DNA of 64,000 bases from an uncultured Actinomycetota bacterium (lineage in GTDB: Bacteria > Actinomycetota > Humimicrobiia > Humimicrobiales > Humimicrobiaceae). The translations under genes were made by a program, and so were the position numbers. Of the stretch, positions 29,096-38,764 are shown piece by piece (position 1 is the stretch's first letter; each line of letters starts with the position of its first letter). Under the pieces are notes generated by a model, which worked only from the letters and a program-made list of their open reading frames with translations, did not search any database and was not told the DNA's origin. The DNA lies in NCBI GenBank assembly GCA_964561115.1, contig CAZLOE010000002.1:21815-85814 (forward strand), in the 5' to 3' direction.

Positions 29096-30457
29096 ATGGA
29101 AATAGTAATTAAGAAAAAAAGTGTATTTCGCGGACTTTCTCTACCGGAAAATAAAATAACTGCTAAGGTACCGATAGAAGAACTTCCGGTCCCGGAAAAA
29201 GTTATTTTACCCCTTCAGCAGAGTATAGGTGCTCCCTGCGAATCTTCAGCAAAAAGAAAAGATATAGTAAAAACAGGACAGAAAATAGCTGATTCTAAAA
29301 GTTATGTTTCTGCGCCTATCCATTCTTCGATTTCAGGCAGTGTTTCAAAAGTCACAAAGGTTTTAAATCCAGCCACCTGTGCACTTATGGATGCTCTGGT
29401 GATAGAGTCTGATGGGGAAGACCAGTGGGTTGGTCTTGAAAAGCTGTTTGATATAGAAAACTCAGATGATTTTTCTGAGCTGAAAAAAATAATACGCTCT
29501 CTTGAAAAGAAAAAAATTCTTGAAAAAATAAGGGAAGCCGGAGTCGTGGGCCTGGGCGGTGCTACTTTTCCCACGCATGTCAAGCTTAACCCGCCTAAGG
29601 ATAAAAAGATTAATACCTTGATTTTAAACGGCTGTGAATGCGAGCCCTTTATAACCTCCGATCATAGAATAATGCTTGAATATGGAGCAAAAGTCCTTGC
29701 AGGCCTCTATATTATAAGCAGAACCGTAAGGCCGAAAGATATTTATATTGCAGTAGAGGATAACAAGAAAGATGCCATCCATCATCTTGAAGAACTCATA
29801 GTAAAAATGGGCTTTAAAGATACCTTTAAGATAGTATCACTTAAATCAAGTTACCCCATGGGAGCAGAGAAGACACTAATAAGGACCATATTGAAAAGGA
29901 CTGTTCCAATGGGAGGTCTTCCTATGGATGTGGGAGTTATAGTAAATAATGTGGCAACTGCAAAATCGGTTTATGAGGCTGTAATAGAAGGCAGGCCTCT
30001 GATGGATAAAGTGGTCACAGTAACAGGTGAAGTCGCAAGTCCTAAAAACCTGCTGGTAAGAATGGGTACCCCTGTAAGTAATTTACTTGAGGCATGCGGT
30101 AAAATGGGCAGCAATGTCAATTATCTGATCATCGGGGGGCCTATGATGGGTACTGCCATTGCCGATATTGATTTTCCGGTCACAAAAGGGGTCAACTGCA
30201 TACTGGTAAAGGAAGGAAAGGCCAGAGTCGAGCAGAATTGCATAAACTGCGGGAGATGTGTGAGTATATGCCCTATGGATCTTATGCCGCTGGTATATGT
30301 AAGATATGTAAAAAAAGGTTCTGCTGAGGGCTGCAGGCAGTATTATATAGAGAATTGTATAGAGTGCGGTTCCTGTGCCTATGTCTGCCCGGCAGGTATT
30401 CCTATTGTCGGATATATAAAAACAGGAAAGAGTATGCTGCAAACTAAAAAATTGTAA
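29096..30457 (+). CDS. rnfC: Rnf complex subunit C (NADH-binding, 2x[4Fe-4S])
   Basis: GLGGATFPTHVK nucleotide-binding block. CINCGRCVSICP and CIECGSCAYVCP ferredoxin motifs. Confidence 0.85.
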   Translation: MEIVIKKKSVFRGLSLPENKITAKVPIEELPVPEKVILPLQQSIGAPCESSAKRKDIVKTGQKIADSKSYVSAPIHSSISGSVSKVTKVLNPATCALMDALVIESDGEDQWVGLEKLFDIENSDDFSELKKIIRSLEKKKILEKIREAGVVGLGGATFPTHVKLNPPKDKKINTLILNGCECEPFITSDHRIMLEYGAKVLAGLYIISRTVRPKDIYIAVEDNKKDAIHHLEELIVKMGFKDTFKIVSLKSSYPMGAEKTLIRTILKRTVPMGGLPMDVGVIVNNVATAKSVYEAVIEGRPLMDKVVTVTGEVASPKNLLVRMGTPVSNLLEACGKMGSNVNYLIIGGPMMGTAIADIDFPVTKGVNCILVKEGKARVEQNCINCGRCVSICPMDLMPLVYVRYVKKGSAEGCRQYYIENCIECGSCAYVCPAGIPIVGYIKTGKSMLQTKKL

Positions 30458-30461
30458 GAAG

Positions 30462-31406
30462 ATGGAAAAAAATAAAATATTGATATCTCATGCGCCTCAT
30501 ATATGGAGAGGGTTTTCAACGACTAAAATAATGTATATAGTCGTTATTGCCCTTCTTTTCCCTGCTGCAGCATCTATTTATTTTTTTGGATATTATGCCA
30601 TTTATATAATACTTACCAGTATAGCGACGGCTGTACTTACCGAATTTGCCATAAAAAAACTCAGAAAAAAAAGGTTTATAATGGACGGCAGCGCTGTGAT
30701 CACCGGGCTGCTGTTTGCGCTTACCCTGCCGCCCAGGATTCCTCTGTGGATGGTCATAATTGGAGCTTTTTTTTCCATTGCTGTTGTAAAGGAAGCCTTT
30801 GGAGGTCTGGGTTATAATATATTCAATCCGGCTCTGGCAGGCAGGGCTTTCCTGTCGGTATGTTTTCCGCAGGAGATGACTACCTGGGTTCTTCCCCCTC
30901 ATTTCAGTTACGATGCTGTGACTGGGGCAACACCCTTAAGTGAGAATTTTGCCCATATTCCTGACAAACTGTCCTTATACAAAGATCTGTTTTTTGGTAA
31001 TACCGGAGGTTCTCTGGGAGAGACATCTGCAATGTTCATATTGATAGGAGCAGCAATCCTTTTTATATTCCGGATAATAGACTGGAGGATCCCGTTGTTT
31101 TATATTGGGACAGTAGCTCTGGGTTCTTTTCTGCTGGGGGAAGATGTACTGTTCCAGGTCCTGGCAGGAGGCCTTATGATCGGTGCCTTTTTTATGGCTA
31201 CTGATTATGTTACCTCGCCGGTTACGGGTAACGGTAGAATAATATTTAGTGTGGGCCTGGGTGTACTGACTGTACTTATAAGAAATTTCAGCAGCCTGCC
31301 CGAGGGGGTGTGTTTTTCCATACTCATTATGAACGCATTCACTCCATTAATAGACAAGTATGTAAGAGTAAAACCATTTGGTTTTTTTAAGAAGAAGAAA
31401 AAATGA
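30462..31406 (+). CDS. rnfD: Rnf complex subunit D (integral membrane)
   Basis: 314 aa polytopic protein with the RnfD/NqrB-like flavinylation region (GGLMIGAFFMATDYVTSP). Confidence 0.85.
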   Translation: MEKNKILISHAPHIWRGFSTTKIMYIVVIALLFPAAASIYFFGYYAIYIILTSIATAVLTEFAIKKLRKKRFIMDGSAVITGLLFALTLPPRIPLWMVIIGAFFSIAVVKEAFGGLGYNIFNPALAGRAFLSVCFPQEMTTWVLPPHFSYDAVTGATPLSENFAHIPDKLSLYKDLFFGNTGGSLGETSAMFILIGAAILFIFRIIDWRIPLFYIGTVALGSFLLGEDVLFQVLAGGLMIGAFFMATDYVTSPVTGNGRIIFSVGLGVLTVLIRNFSSLPEGVCFSILIMNAFTPLIDKYVRVKPFGFFKKKKK

Positions 31407-31936
31407 GCAGTAAAATTTTAACAAATAAAGCATATCCGGTTGTTTTTCTGGCAGTAATTGTAACTGTCTCTGTTGTACTGCTGATAGCACTCAATAGTGT
31501 GACCTCATCTATAGTAGAAGAAAGAAGGAGCGAAGAGATCAAAGGTACTCTGGAAAAAATCTTTCCTGAGATGAGTGAATACGAACTTGAAGACGAAGTA
31601 TATATGATATACCAGGAGGGTAAAAAAGCAGGATATGCCTTTATAGCAAGCGGGAGCGGTTACGGGGGTGATATTGATATTCTGGTCGGATTGGGCAGTG
31701 ATTTCAGCATCAAAGATATATCCATACTTAAGCAGACAGAGACCCCGGGTCTCGGGGGCAGGATAGCCGAAAGTGCCTTTACCGATCAGTTTAAAGGTCT
31801 ATCGGCAAGCGAAGTCACTCTTAAATCAGATGACGGCATGATAGATGCCATTACAGGTGCTACAATAAGCTCAAAAGCTGTGGTTGATACTGTTAGGGAA
31901 AAGATGGTTGAAATAATAGAAAGTCTAAATAATTGA
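31403..31936 (+). CDS. rnfG: Rnf complex subunit G (FMN-binding)
   Basis: N-terminal TM anchor. FMN attachment motif ITGATISS. ATGA overlap with rnfD. Confidence 0.85.
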   Translation: MSSKILTNKAYPVVFLAVIVTVSVVLLIALNSVTSSIVEERRSEEIKGTLEKIFPEMSEYELEDEVYMIYQEGKKAGYAFIASGSGYGGDIDILVGLGSDFSIKDISILKQTETPGLGGRIAESAFTDQFKGLSASEVTLKSDDGMIDAITGATISSKAVVDTVREKMVEIIESLNN

Positions 31937-31976
31937 TCTATCTGTATCCTGAATATAAAAGGGAGATAATATAAGA

Positions 31977-32609
31977 ATGAATGAAAATAAAAATAGAGGC
32001 AGTTTCTGGAGGGAATTTGCAAAGGGTATTATTATATCAAACCCGGTTTTTATACTTACCTTAGGACTCTGTCCTGTTCTGGCAGTAACAAATTCGGTGA
32101 GTAATGCCATTGGTATGAGTGCCGGTGTTATATTTGTCCTGCTGTGCTCGAACATAATAATTTCCAGTATAAGGAAAGCTACACCGGATCTTGTCAGAAT
32201 CCCGGTGTTTATTGTGGTGATAGCTACATTTGTCACTATTTTAAGCCTGGTGTTTGAGGCATATTTTCCACCGCTTCACCAGTCGCTTGGGATCTACCTT
32301 TCACTTATTGTGGTAAATTGTATTATTTTAGGCAGGGCAGAGGTGTTTGCCTCTAAAAATCCAGTGGTGCTTTCCATTGCAGACGGGCTGGGTATCGGTA
32401 TAGGATTTGCCATTGCTCTGTTTATGATTTCATTTACAAGAGAACTGCTGGGTACGGGAGGCCTGGAGATATTTGGAAGAGAGCTGTTCAAACTGCCGGG
32501 TCTTTCAGTGCATCCTTTGGCCTTTTTTGTTTCTCCTCCGGGAGCTTTTCTGGTAATAGGCAGTCTCTTGGCATTGTTCAGGTGGATAGGGGTGATAAAA
32601 AATGAATAA
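31977..32609 (+). CDS. rnfE: Rnf complex subunit E
   Basis: RnfE/NqrD-like membrane protein, 210 aa. Confidence 0.8.
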   Translation: MNENKNRGSFWREFAKGIIISNPVFILTLGLCPVLAVTNSVSNAIGMSAGVIFVLLCSNIIISSIRKATPDLVRIPVFIVVIATFVTILSLVFEAYFPPLHQSLGIYLSLIVVNCIILGRAEVFASKNPVVLSIADGLGIGIGFAIALFMISFTRELLGTGGLEIFGRELFKLPGLSVHPLAFFVSPPGAFLVIGSLLALFRWIGVIKNE

Positions 32610-33177
32610 TCTTCTTACCATATTTATTGCAATGGTTCTGGTAAACAATATAGTCCTGTCCAAGTTCCTTGGGCTGTGCCCATTTTTTGGAGTATCTAAG
32701 AAACTGTCCAATGCTTTCAGCATGGGTATAGCGGTAACACTGGTGATGCTTATCGCTTCTGTTTCTACTTCGGTGATCTATAACTATATACTGGTACCTT
32801 ACAATGTTGAGTTTATGAACATCGTAATATATATTCTGGTCATAGCATCTCTGGTACAGATAGTAGAGCTTATAATAAGGAGGACCAACATAGCATTGTA
32901 TAAGGCGCTGGGAATTTATCTGCCTCTGATTACGACCAATTGTACGGTGCTGGGCATAACCCTTATAAATTCATCAGAGAGCTATTCAGTTTTGGAAAGT
33001 GTAGTAAGCGCTTTGGGTGCAGGGATCGGATTTACTCTGGTACTTATTATAATGTCGGGTATAAGGGAAAAACTCGATTTTGCAGACAGCCCTCAGTCTA
33101 TGAGGGGGCTTCCTGTGGCCTTTATGACTGCAGCGCTTCTGGCGCTGGCTTTTATCGGATTCAGCGGAATGGTATAA
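32602..33177 (+). CDS. rnfA: Rnf complex subunit A
   Basis: RnfA/NqrE-like membrane protein, 191 aa. It overlaps rnfE by 8 nt. Confidence 0.8.
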   Translation: MNNLLTIFIAMVLVNNIVLSKFLGLCPFFGVSKKLSNAFSMGIAVTLVMLIASVSTSVIYNYILVPYNVEFMNIVIYILVIASLVQIVELIIRRTNIALYKALGIYLPLITTNCTVLGITLINSSESYSVLESVVSALGAGIGFTLVLIIMSGIREKLDFADSPQSMRGLPVAFMTAALLALAFIGFSGMV

Positions 33178-33208
33178 GATAAAAAAGATTTTTAGGATTT
33201 GAGGTTTT

Positions 33209-34072
33209 ATGAATATCGGATTTATTATTTTAATTTTAAGCTCGATTGGGATTGTATGCGGGATACTGATTTTTCTGGTAAACAGGTTTCTTCCCAAGGA
33301 AGCTGATACTCTGAGGAGAGCTGAGGAGATCGCAGAACAACTTCCCGGTATGAACTGCGGTGCCTGTGGCTTTCCGGGGTGTTTTGCCTATGCGCAGGCG
33401 CTGGCAAAAAATAAGGATACATTCTTTACTAATACCTGTTCTACAGTGCTACAGAATCCCGATATGCTCAAAGGACTGGAAAAGGTACTGCATATTGAAG
33501 TGGATCCTTCCAAGATAAATAAAAAGGCAGTGGTACAATGTTATGGAATTTCAGATGTTATAGGCGATTATGCCGGTATTAAGACCTGCAAAGCTGCAGC
33601 CAATCTCCTTGGTGGGTATAAGAGATGCCCTTACGGCTGCCTCGGATTAGGTGATTGTGTGGCAGTATGCCCTAATGATGCAATAACCATTGATGAGGAA
33701 AGGAGAGTAGCAGTAATAGACCCAGATAAGTGTACCGGGTGTGGTCTGTGTGTGGCCAAGTGTCCTAAAAAACTGATCCATCTGGTACCTGCGGATGCCA
33801 ATATAGTGTATTTATGCAGCTATGAATCTATAAGGAATATCCCGGGAAGAGAGCGTTGTGATGAAGGCTGTCTGCACTGCAGGAAATGCTTTAAGGCTTG
33901 TGAAAATGGAGCCTTAATCTGGAATGAGGAAAGGGCTGTTCCACAATTCGATTTTTCAAAATGTACACTGTGCGGCGAGTGCATCAAAGCGTGCCCCCAT
34001 AACAGGCTTATTGAACTTTCCAATATTTACAAGCATGAAAGGCTTGAGAAAGCCGGAGAAAGAAATAAATAA
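33209..34072 (+). CDS. rnfB: Rnf complex subunit B (polyferredoxin)
   Basis: N-terminal TM helix. CGACGFPGC. Several CxxCxxCxxxCP motifs. Confidence 0.85.
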   Translation: MNIGFIILILSSIGIVCGILIFLVNRFLPKEADTLRRAEEIAEQLPGMNCGACGFPGCFAYAQALAKNKDTFFTNTCSTVLQNPDMLKGLEKVLHIEVDPSKINKKAVVQCYGISDVIGDYAGIKTCKAAANLLGGYKRCPYGCLGLGDCVAVCPNDAITIDEERRVAVIDPDKCTGCGLCVAKCPKKLIHLVPADANIVYLCSYESIRNIPGRERCDEGCLHCRKCFKACENGALIWNEERAVPQFDFSKCTLCGECIKACPHNRLIELSNIYKHERLEKAGERNK

Positions 34073-34075
34073 ATC

Positions 34076-34495
34076 ATGAGTGAGCAATTTTTGAAAAAGA
34101 TTAAAAAAAGTATTGAAGAAGAACCGTATGCAAAGCTTTTCGGTATTAAAGTGATAGAACTCAGGCAGGGTTACAGCCTGGTAGAGATGAAAGCTTTAAA
34201 AAAATATGAAAATATCTTCTCTATTACTCACGGGGGAGCTGTTTTCTCGTTGATGGATGTAGCCTTTGGTTCTGCTGCAAATTCCTATGGTACTGTTGCC
34301 GTAGCGCTGGATGTCAATATAAACTATATCAGACCCTCTATGACGGGAGATATACTAAGGGCTGAAGCAAAAGAGGTCAGCCGGGGAAACAAAATAGCCA
34401 CCTATAATGTGATTGTAAGAAACAGCTCAAATAAGGTAGTAGCATCCAGTCAGGCAGTAGCTTTCTTAAAAAAAGACAGACTCCCGTTTTTATAA
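34076..34495 (+). CDS. Hotdog-fold thioesterase (PaaI/YbgC-like)
   Basis: 139 aa, ITHGGAVFSLMDVAFGSAANS motif. Confidence 0.6.
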   Translation: MSEQFLKKIKKSIEEEPYAKLFGIKVIELRQGYSLVEMKALKKYENIFSITHGGAVFSLMDVAFGSAANSYGTVAVALDVNINYIRPSMTGDILRAEAKEVSRGNKIATYNVIVRNSSNKVVASSQAVAFLKKDRLPFL

Positions 34496-34643
34496 TATAT
34501 AGTATTATAGGTATGCGGAAGGGTGTCTGGATTATGATTATAAATTCATATAATTTCGGCAGCATAACTATAAACGGTAAAGTCTACCACTCGGATGTAA
34601 TAATCTTTCCTGATAGGGTCAAATCAAGTTAGAGCATCGTGAT

Positions 34644-36773
34644 CTATAAGGTAAAACTGCTGTACCTGCCTTCTTTTAGTTTTTTACCGATTTTATCAAA
34701 CAATTCTTTTATGTGATCATCCATAGTGAGATAGATTATCTGCCAGCCCTTTTTTGAAATGTCCGCTAATTTGTCTATAAGGATCTTCCTCTTTTGCCAG
34801 TCTGAATGCTGAAATGCATCATCGAGGATCAAAAAGAGGGCATCTTTTCCCAGAAGTTTTGATGTAAACCCGATCCTCAGCGCCAGCATTACCTGTTCTT
34901 TAGCTCCTGTGCTTAAATCCTTTATATCAAAATCGTCATACTGGTCTGAAACAATCAGCCTGCTGTCATCAAGTGCAAGCCTGCTGTATCTTTGAGTGAT
35001 GTCCTTTAAGGGACTCAGGACTACCTGGGACTTCAACCCTTCCTGTATCTTAGCGTCTTCTTCCAGGCGCAATTCAGAGATGATTTTATGAACGCTGAAG
35101 CCTGCCACAATACCGGCGGTGACTTCTCTTAATTCATTTTGAACATCCTGCCTTTTTTTCCGGAGATTTTCAATAAGCTCTTCCCAGCCGATGCTAAGAT
35201 CATCTCCGGTCTTTTGGCAGATCCTGTATTTCAATTTTTGTATTTTGTCTTCCCGGCTTTCGACTTCTTCACGTATCCGCGCCATTTTTGATTGGATCTC
35301 CTGGTATTCCTGCTGGCTGTATTTGATATTTACCTCTTCTGAAAGATAATCAGTTTCCGGTATCCCCAGTTTACGGATTTCATCCTTTTCCTTATCTATA
35401 CGGTCCCTTAGGTCCCTGTTGGTTTGCTTAAGACGGGAGGTTACTGAATTCCAGTTCTGCTCGACGGCTTCTTTTCCGGTAAAGGCTGCTATTTTCCGGT
35501 TAATAGAGAGGTTGAGTTCTTTAAGCTCGCTGCTAAGAATACCGGTCTGTTCTTCTATTGTATTAGACCTGCTTCTTGATTCCCTCTGATTGTTTAAAAT
35601 TGATTCAAGAAGAGCAATATCGGTAAGTCTTTTTCCAGTTCTTTCCTTAAATCCTTCTTTGATTTTGATCAGTTCTTCGCCCTGAGCTGCCTGCTTTGAA
35701 AAGCTGCGAATTTTTCTTATATATATAAAAAAGGATACAATCGAGGCCAAAAAGAAAAATAGTATGGAAAATAAAAATATGTTCTGAGGGATAGTAAAAA
35801 ATCTCTGATTTAGGAAAAATAAAACTGCGGCAGCAGTACCGGCAACTGCAAAAATATTGCATAATGCAAGCAGGAATTTTGAGGGTGTTTTTGCTGTCTT
35901 TGTAGAAAGATCCCTGTAATATGAAAGGGCGCTTTCAAGCCAGCCAAGATCTTTACTGTCTTTTAAAGCTGTTTTATATTTTTCTTCCAGCTGTCTGTAG
36001 GATTCTTTTTTATCTGAATATCGTGAAATGTCAGTCTCTATCTTATTCAATTCATCTTCGGGGATATTCTTTAATTCAGAATTCAGCTCTTTTATTCTTT
36101 CCGAGATCAGATAAGCCTGGTGCCTTTTTGCCCTGTCAAGGTGTGCCAGCCTGTCTTCCAGGATCTTCTCCTCGATTCTGCAGGTCTTGATTATTCCCTG
36201 AGTATATTCGGATTCTATTTCTTCAAAAAGCGTTTCAATATTTTCCAGTTCGCTTTTTTTAGCAAGGTACTTGCTGCCTTCACCGGCCTTTGCGATGCTT
36301 ATCCTGCTGCCTTCTACCTCTGCATTTTTTACCGTCCTTGAAATATTGGTATCGCTGTCTATCTTATCCAGTATATTTATGCCGGACAATACTTCCTTGA
36401 TAAAAAATTTACTTATCCCTTCGCCGTTTTCTATCCCGGCTTCTCCGCCCTTTACTATCAGGAGCTTTGCAATTGACGTGGGAAGTCCTTTTTCACTGAC
36501 TGCCCACCAGTCCTCTAATTTTTTAGAAGAAGCGGGAGAAAAATCAACTGGCTGTTCTTCAAGGCCACTTATGGAGACCTTTCCTTTTCCACCTTTTCTT
36601 AAATAACTCCACCGGCTGATATTTTTAAATAAAGAGCGGATTATAAATTCAGTAAGAAAAGTCTTTCCTTTCTCATTTATACTGTATATCAGATTAAATA
36701 TACCAAAACTGCCGGTAAAATTCTTGATAGGTCCCAGCTCTTTTACTGATATTTTATCAATCTTTATTCCCAT
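34644..36773 (-). CDS. SMC/Rad50-like ABC ATPase with two transmembrane helices inside the coiled coil (YhaN/SbcE-like, AAA_27-type)
   Basis: Walker A LIYSINEKGKT. Long coiled coil. Two hydrophobic helices (LLALCNIFAVAGTAAAVLFFL; IFLFSILFFFLASIVSFFIYI). Signature-like LSTGAKEQV, Walker B ALFLILDD, H-loop TMDDH. It lies 24 nt downstream of a metallophosphoesterase gene on the same strand. Confidence 0.6.
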   Translation of the reverse strand: MGIKIDKISVKELGPIKNFTGSFGIFNLIYSINEKGKTFLTEFIIRSLFKNISRWSYLRKGGKGKVSISGLEEQPVDFSPASSKKLEDWWAVSEKGLPTSIAKLLIVKGGEAGIENGEGISKFFIKEVLSGINILDKIDSDTNISRTVKNAEVEGSRISIAKAGEGSKYLAKKSELENIETLFEEIESEYTQGIIKTCRIEEKILEDRLAHLDRAKRHQAYLISERIKELNSELKNIPEDELNKIETDISRYSDKKESYRQLEEKYKTALKDSKDLGWLESALSYYRDLSTKTAKTPSKFLLALCNIFAVAGTAAAVLFFLNQRFFTIPQNIFLFSILFFFLASIVSFFIYIRKIRSFSKQAAQGEELIKIKEGFKERTGKRLTDIALLESILNNQRESRSRSNTIEEQTGILSSELKELNLSINRKIAAFTGKEAVEQNWNSVTSRLKQTNRDLRDRIDKEKDEIRKLGIPETDYLSEEVNIKYSQQEYQEIQSKMARIREEVESREDKIQKLKYRICQKTGDDLSIGWEELIENLRKKRQDVQNELREVTAGIVAGFSVHKIISELRLEEDAKIQEGLKSQVVLSPLKDITQRYSRLALDDSRLIVSDQYDDFDIKDLSTGAKEQVMLALRIGFTSKLLGKDALFLILDDAFQHSDWQKRKILIDKLADISKKGWQIIYLTMDDHIKELFDKIGKKLKEGRYSSFTL

Positions 36774-36797
36774 GAATCCTTGATCCCCGCAGAACCA

Positions 36798-37859
36798 TTA
36801 TTCTTTTAAGATTATATGAAGAGCTTTTTCTATGATGTCTTCCCTTGAAGTGATCTGGTCATCCCAGTCAAGTTTTTCGATCTCATCCCTTATTTTTTCC
36901 ACCACCGCTGTTCTCTCCGGATCATCAAATACTGAAACTTCAGTAAGGTCAGGCTCTTCGTTATTGTAAAAGGTAAAATCTTTAAGCGCCTTTTTGATTA
37001 TTTTAAGAAGCCTATTTTTATCAGATGTATATCCTTTGACTTTTAATCGTACTTGAACTTTTGGTATGTCATTTTTATTTATATCCCATCTCTTTACCAT
37101 CTCATTGATATTTCTTTCAATATATTCAAACTCATTTGCAACAGGCAGGGAGATAAGAGTCTCATTAAAGAATATAAGGTCGGTGTCTATTTCTTTTTCA
37201 TTAATATCAAAGCTGTTAGTGTCTATGACTAAAAAACTCCTCCTGCCGGTTTCATTTATATCCAAGCCGCAGGATGATCCGGGATAATAGACCCTGCCCA
37301 GATTTATCTTCTTGTGTATGTGGCCCAGTATGACTTTAGCAGGTTTATAATACTGGATATCGTTTCTGGTCAGGGGCATATAAATTCCCGGCTCATAAGG
37401 GTTTGGATCACGGAAGCCGGCAGTATAGTCACCATGGCCGATAAGAATCCAGGGTTCGGTAAGGTCTTTTACATATTCTGCTACTGCTTCTCCCATAGAC
37501 TTTGCCGGTTGGTAGGGTATAAAAAGAAAGCAGGCGGGCGGATCTCCGAATGTGATGATTTCAGTTTTTCTAAACACTTTTATATTATCTGAAGTAAAAT
37601 CCTTCTGGCTGATGGATGGGTCATGATTTCCGGGAATTATATAGAATTTGACCTGGTTTTGGGTGTATTTTTCATTTTTACAGAACATGTCAAATTCGGA
37701 ATAATTCCGGCTTTCTTCATTAAATAGATCACCGGCTATTATAAGAGTTGTGATATCTTCGGAAAGCATCTTATCCAGGATATCTGATAGTGCATTCCAT
37801 CTTTCGGGAGATTTTTCTTTTGTTTTTAGATGTACATCTGCTGTGACTGCTATTTTCAT
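36798..37859 (-). CDS. Calcineurin-like metallophosphoesterase, SbcD/Mre11/YhaO-like nuclease partner
   Basis: Motifs ADVHL, AGDLFNE and GNHD. 353 aa. Confidence 0.65.
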   Translation of the reverse strand: MKIAVTADVHLKTKEKSPERWNALSDILDKMLSEDITTLIIAGDLFNEESRNYSEFDMFCKNEKYTQNQVKFYIIPGNHDPSISQKDFTSDNIKVFRKTEIITFGDPPACFLFIPYQPAKSMGEAVAEYVKDLTEPWILIGHGDYTAGFRDPNPYEPGIYMPLTRNDIQYYKPAKVILGHIHKKINLGRVYYPGSSCGLDINETGRRSFLVIDTNSFDINEKEIDTDLIFFNETLISLPVANEFEYIERNINEMVKRWDINKNDIPKVQVRLKVKGYTSDKNRLLKIIKKALKDFTFYNNEEPDLTEVSVFDDPERTAVVEKIRDEIEKLDWDDQITSREDIIEKALHIILKE

Positions 37860-37979
37860 TTCCGCTGCTTTAGATTAAAATATAATATTCTTGCTCTAAC
37901 CAGAATTGCCTTTAAGCCGGTGGTATACATTATATATAATATACTTTAATTTCAAGCTAAGTCCAGATGTTTTCTTTTT

Positions 37980-38759
37980 TTGATTTTGGGAGGGATTTTG
38001 ATGGAAGAGAAAAATTTTAAATTAGGCCCTGAGTTTTATGACCTTCAGGTAAACTGGAAAGAAAGACTAAAGAAGGAAAAGGATTTCTTTTCTAAAATAT
38101 TTAAAGAGAACAATATCGAGAGTGTTCTTGATATAGGGTGCGGTACAGGCCATCATGCCCAGCTTTTTTCCGGGTATGCAAAAAAAGTAACTGCCATAGA
38201 CCCTTCTAAAGAAAACATAGATTATGCTGCTGAAAATATAGTAAAATCACCCAATGTTAATTTGATCAGTGAAGGGTTTGAAGGTCTGGATAAGATCCCG
38301 TCCGGTGATTTTGATCTTATAACCACTCTGGGAAATACTCTTCCTATTTTAGGAGACCGGAGAAAGATAAAGCAGGCTCTTAAAAAGATAAGAAAGAAGC
38401 TGGCGAAAAACGGCGTGGCAATAGCCCAGTTTCTGAACTTTAATTCTATTGTCATGGAAAAAAACAGGTTTTATCCCCCGAAGGTATTTGAGAAGGACGG
38501 CAGGACGTATATTTTTATCAAGCACTTTGAATACGGAAAAATAAAGACAAGGGTAGACTTTATAATCACAGCGGTCAATAAAAATATGCTGGAAGACTAT
38601 TTTATAAACTCTTCTTATCTCTGCACCTTAAAGGCAAGTCTTTTTTTAAAAATGGCAAAAAATTCGGGATTTAAGAAAATCAAGCTTCTGGGACCAGGGG
38701 GAAAGTCAGTTTTTAATCCTAAAAAAGATATAAGCCTCTATGCGCTGATGTACAGGTAA
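37980..38759 (+). CDS. Class I SAM-dependent methyltransferase
   Basis: Motif I VLDIGCGTGHHA. The likely true start is the internal ATG near 38001 (MEEKNF). Confidence 0.6.
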   Translation: MILGGILMEEKNFKLGPEFYDLQVNWKERLKKEKDFFSKIFKENNIESVLDIGCGTGHHAQLFSGYAKKVTAIDPSKENIDYAAENIVKSPNVNLISEGFEGLDKIPSGDFDLITTLGNTLPILGDRRKIKQALKKIRKKLAKNGVAIAQFLNFNSIVMEKNRFYPPKVFEKDGRTYIFIKHFEYGKIKTRVDFIITAVNKNMLEDYFINSSYLCTLKASLFLKMAKNSGFKKIKLLGPGGKSVFNPKKDISLYALMYR

Positions 38760-38764
38760 AGAAT

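Noticed and set aside
35647-36606. Several 70-110-aa ORFs on both strands inside the SMC-like ATPase gene
   Set aside because: They are shadow ORFs within a well-supported 709-aa gene and are rich in Cys/Phe/Leu from antisense of Lys/Glu codons.
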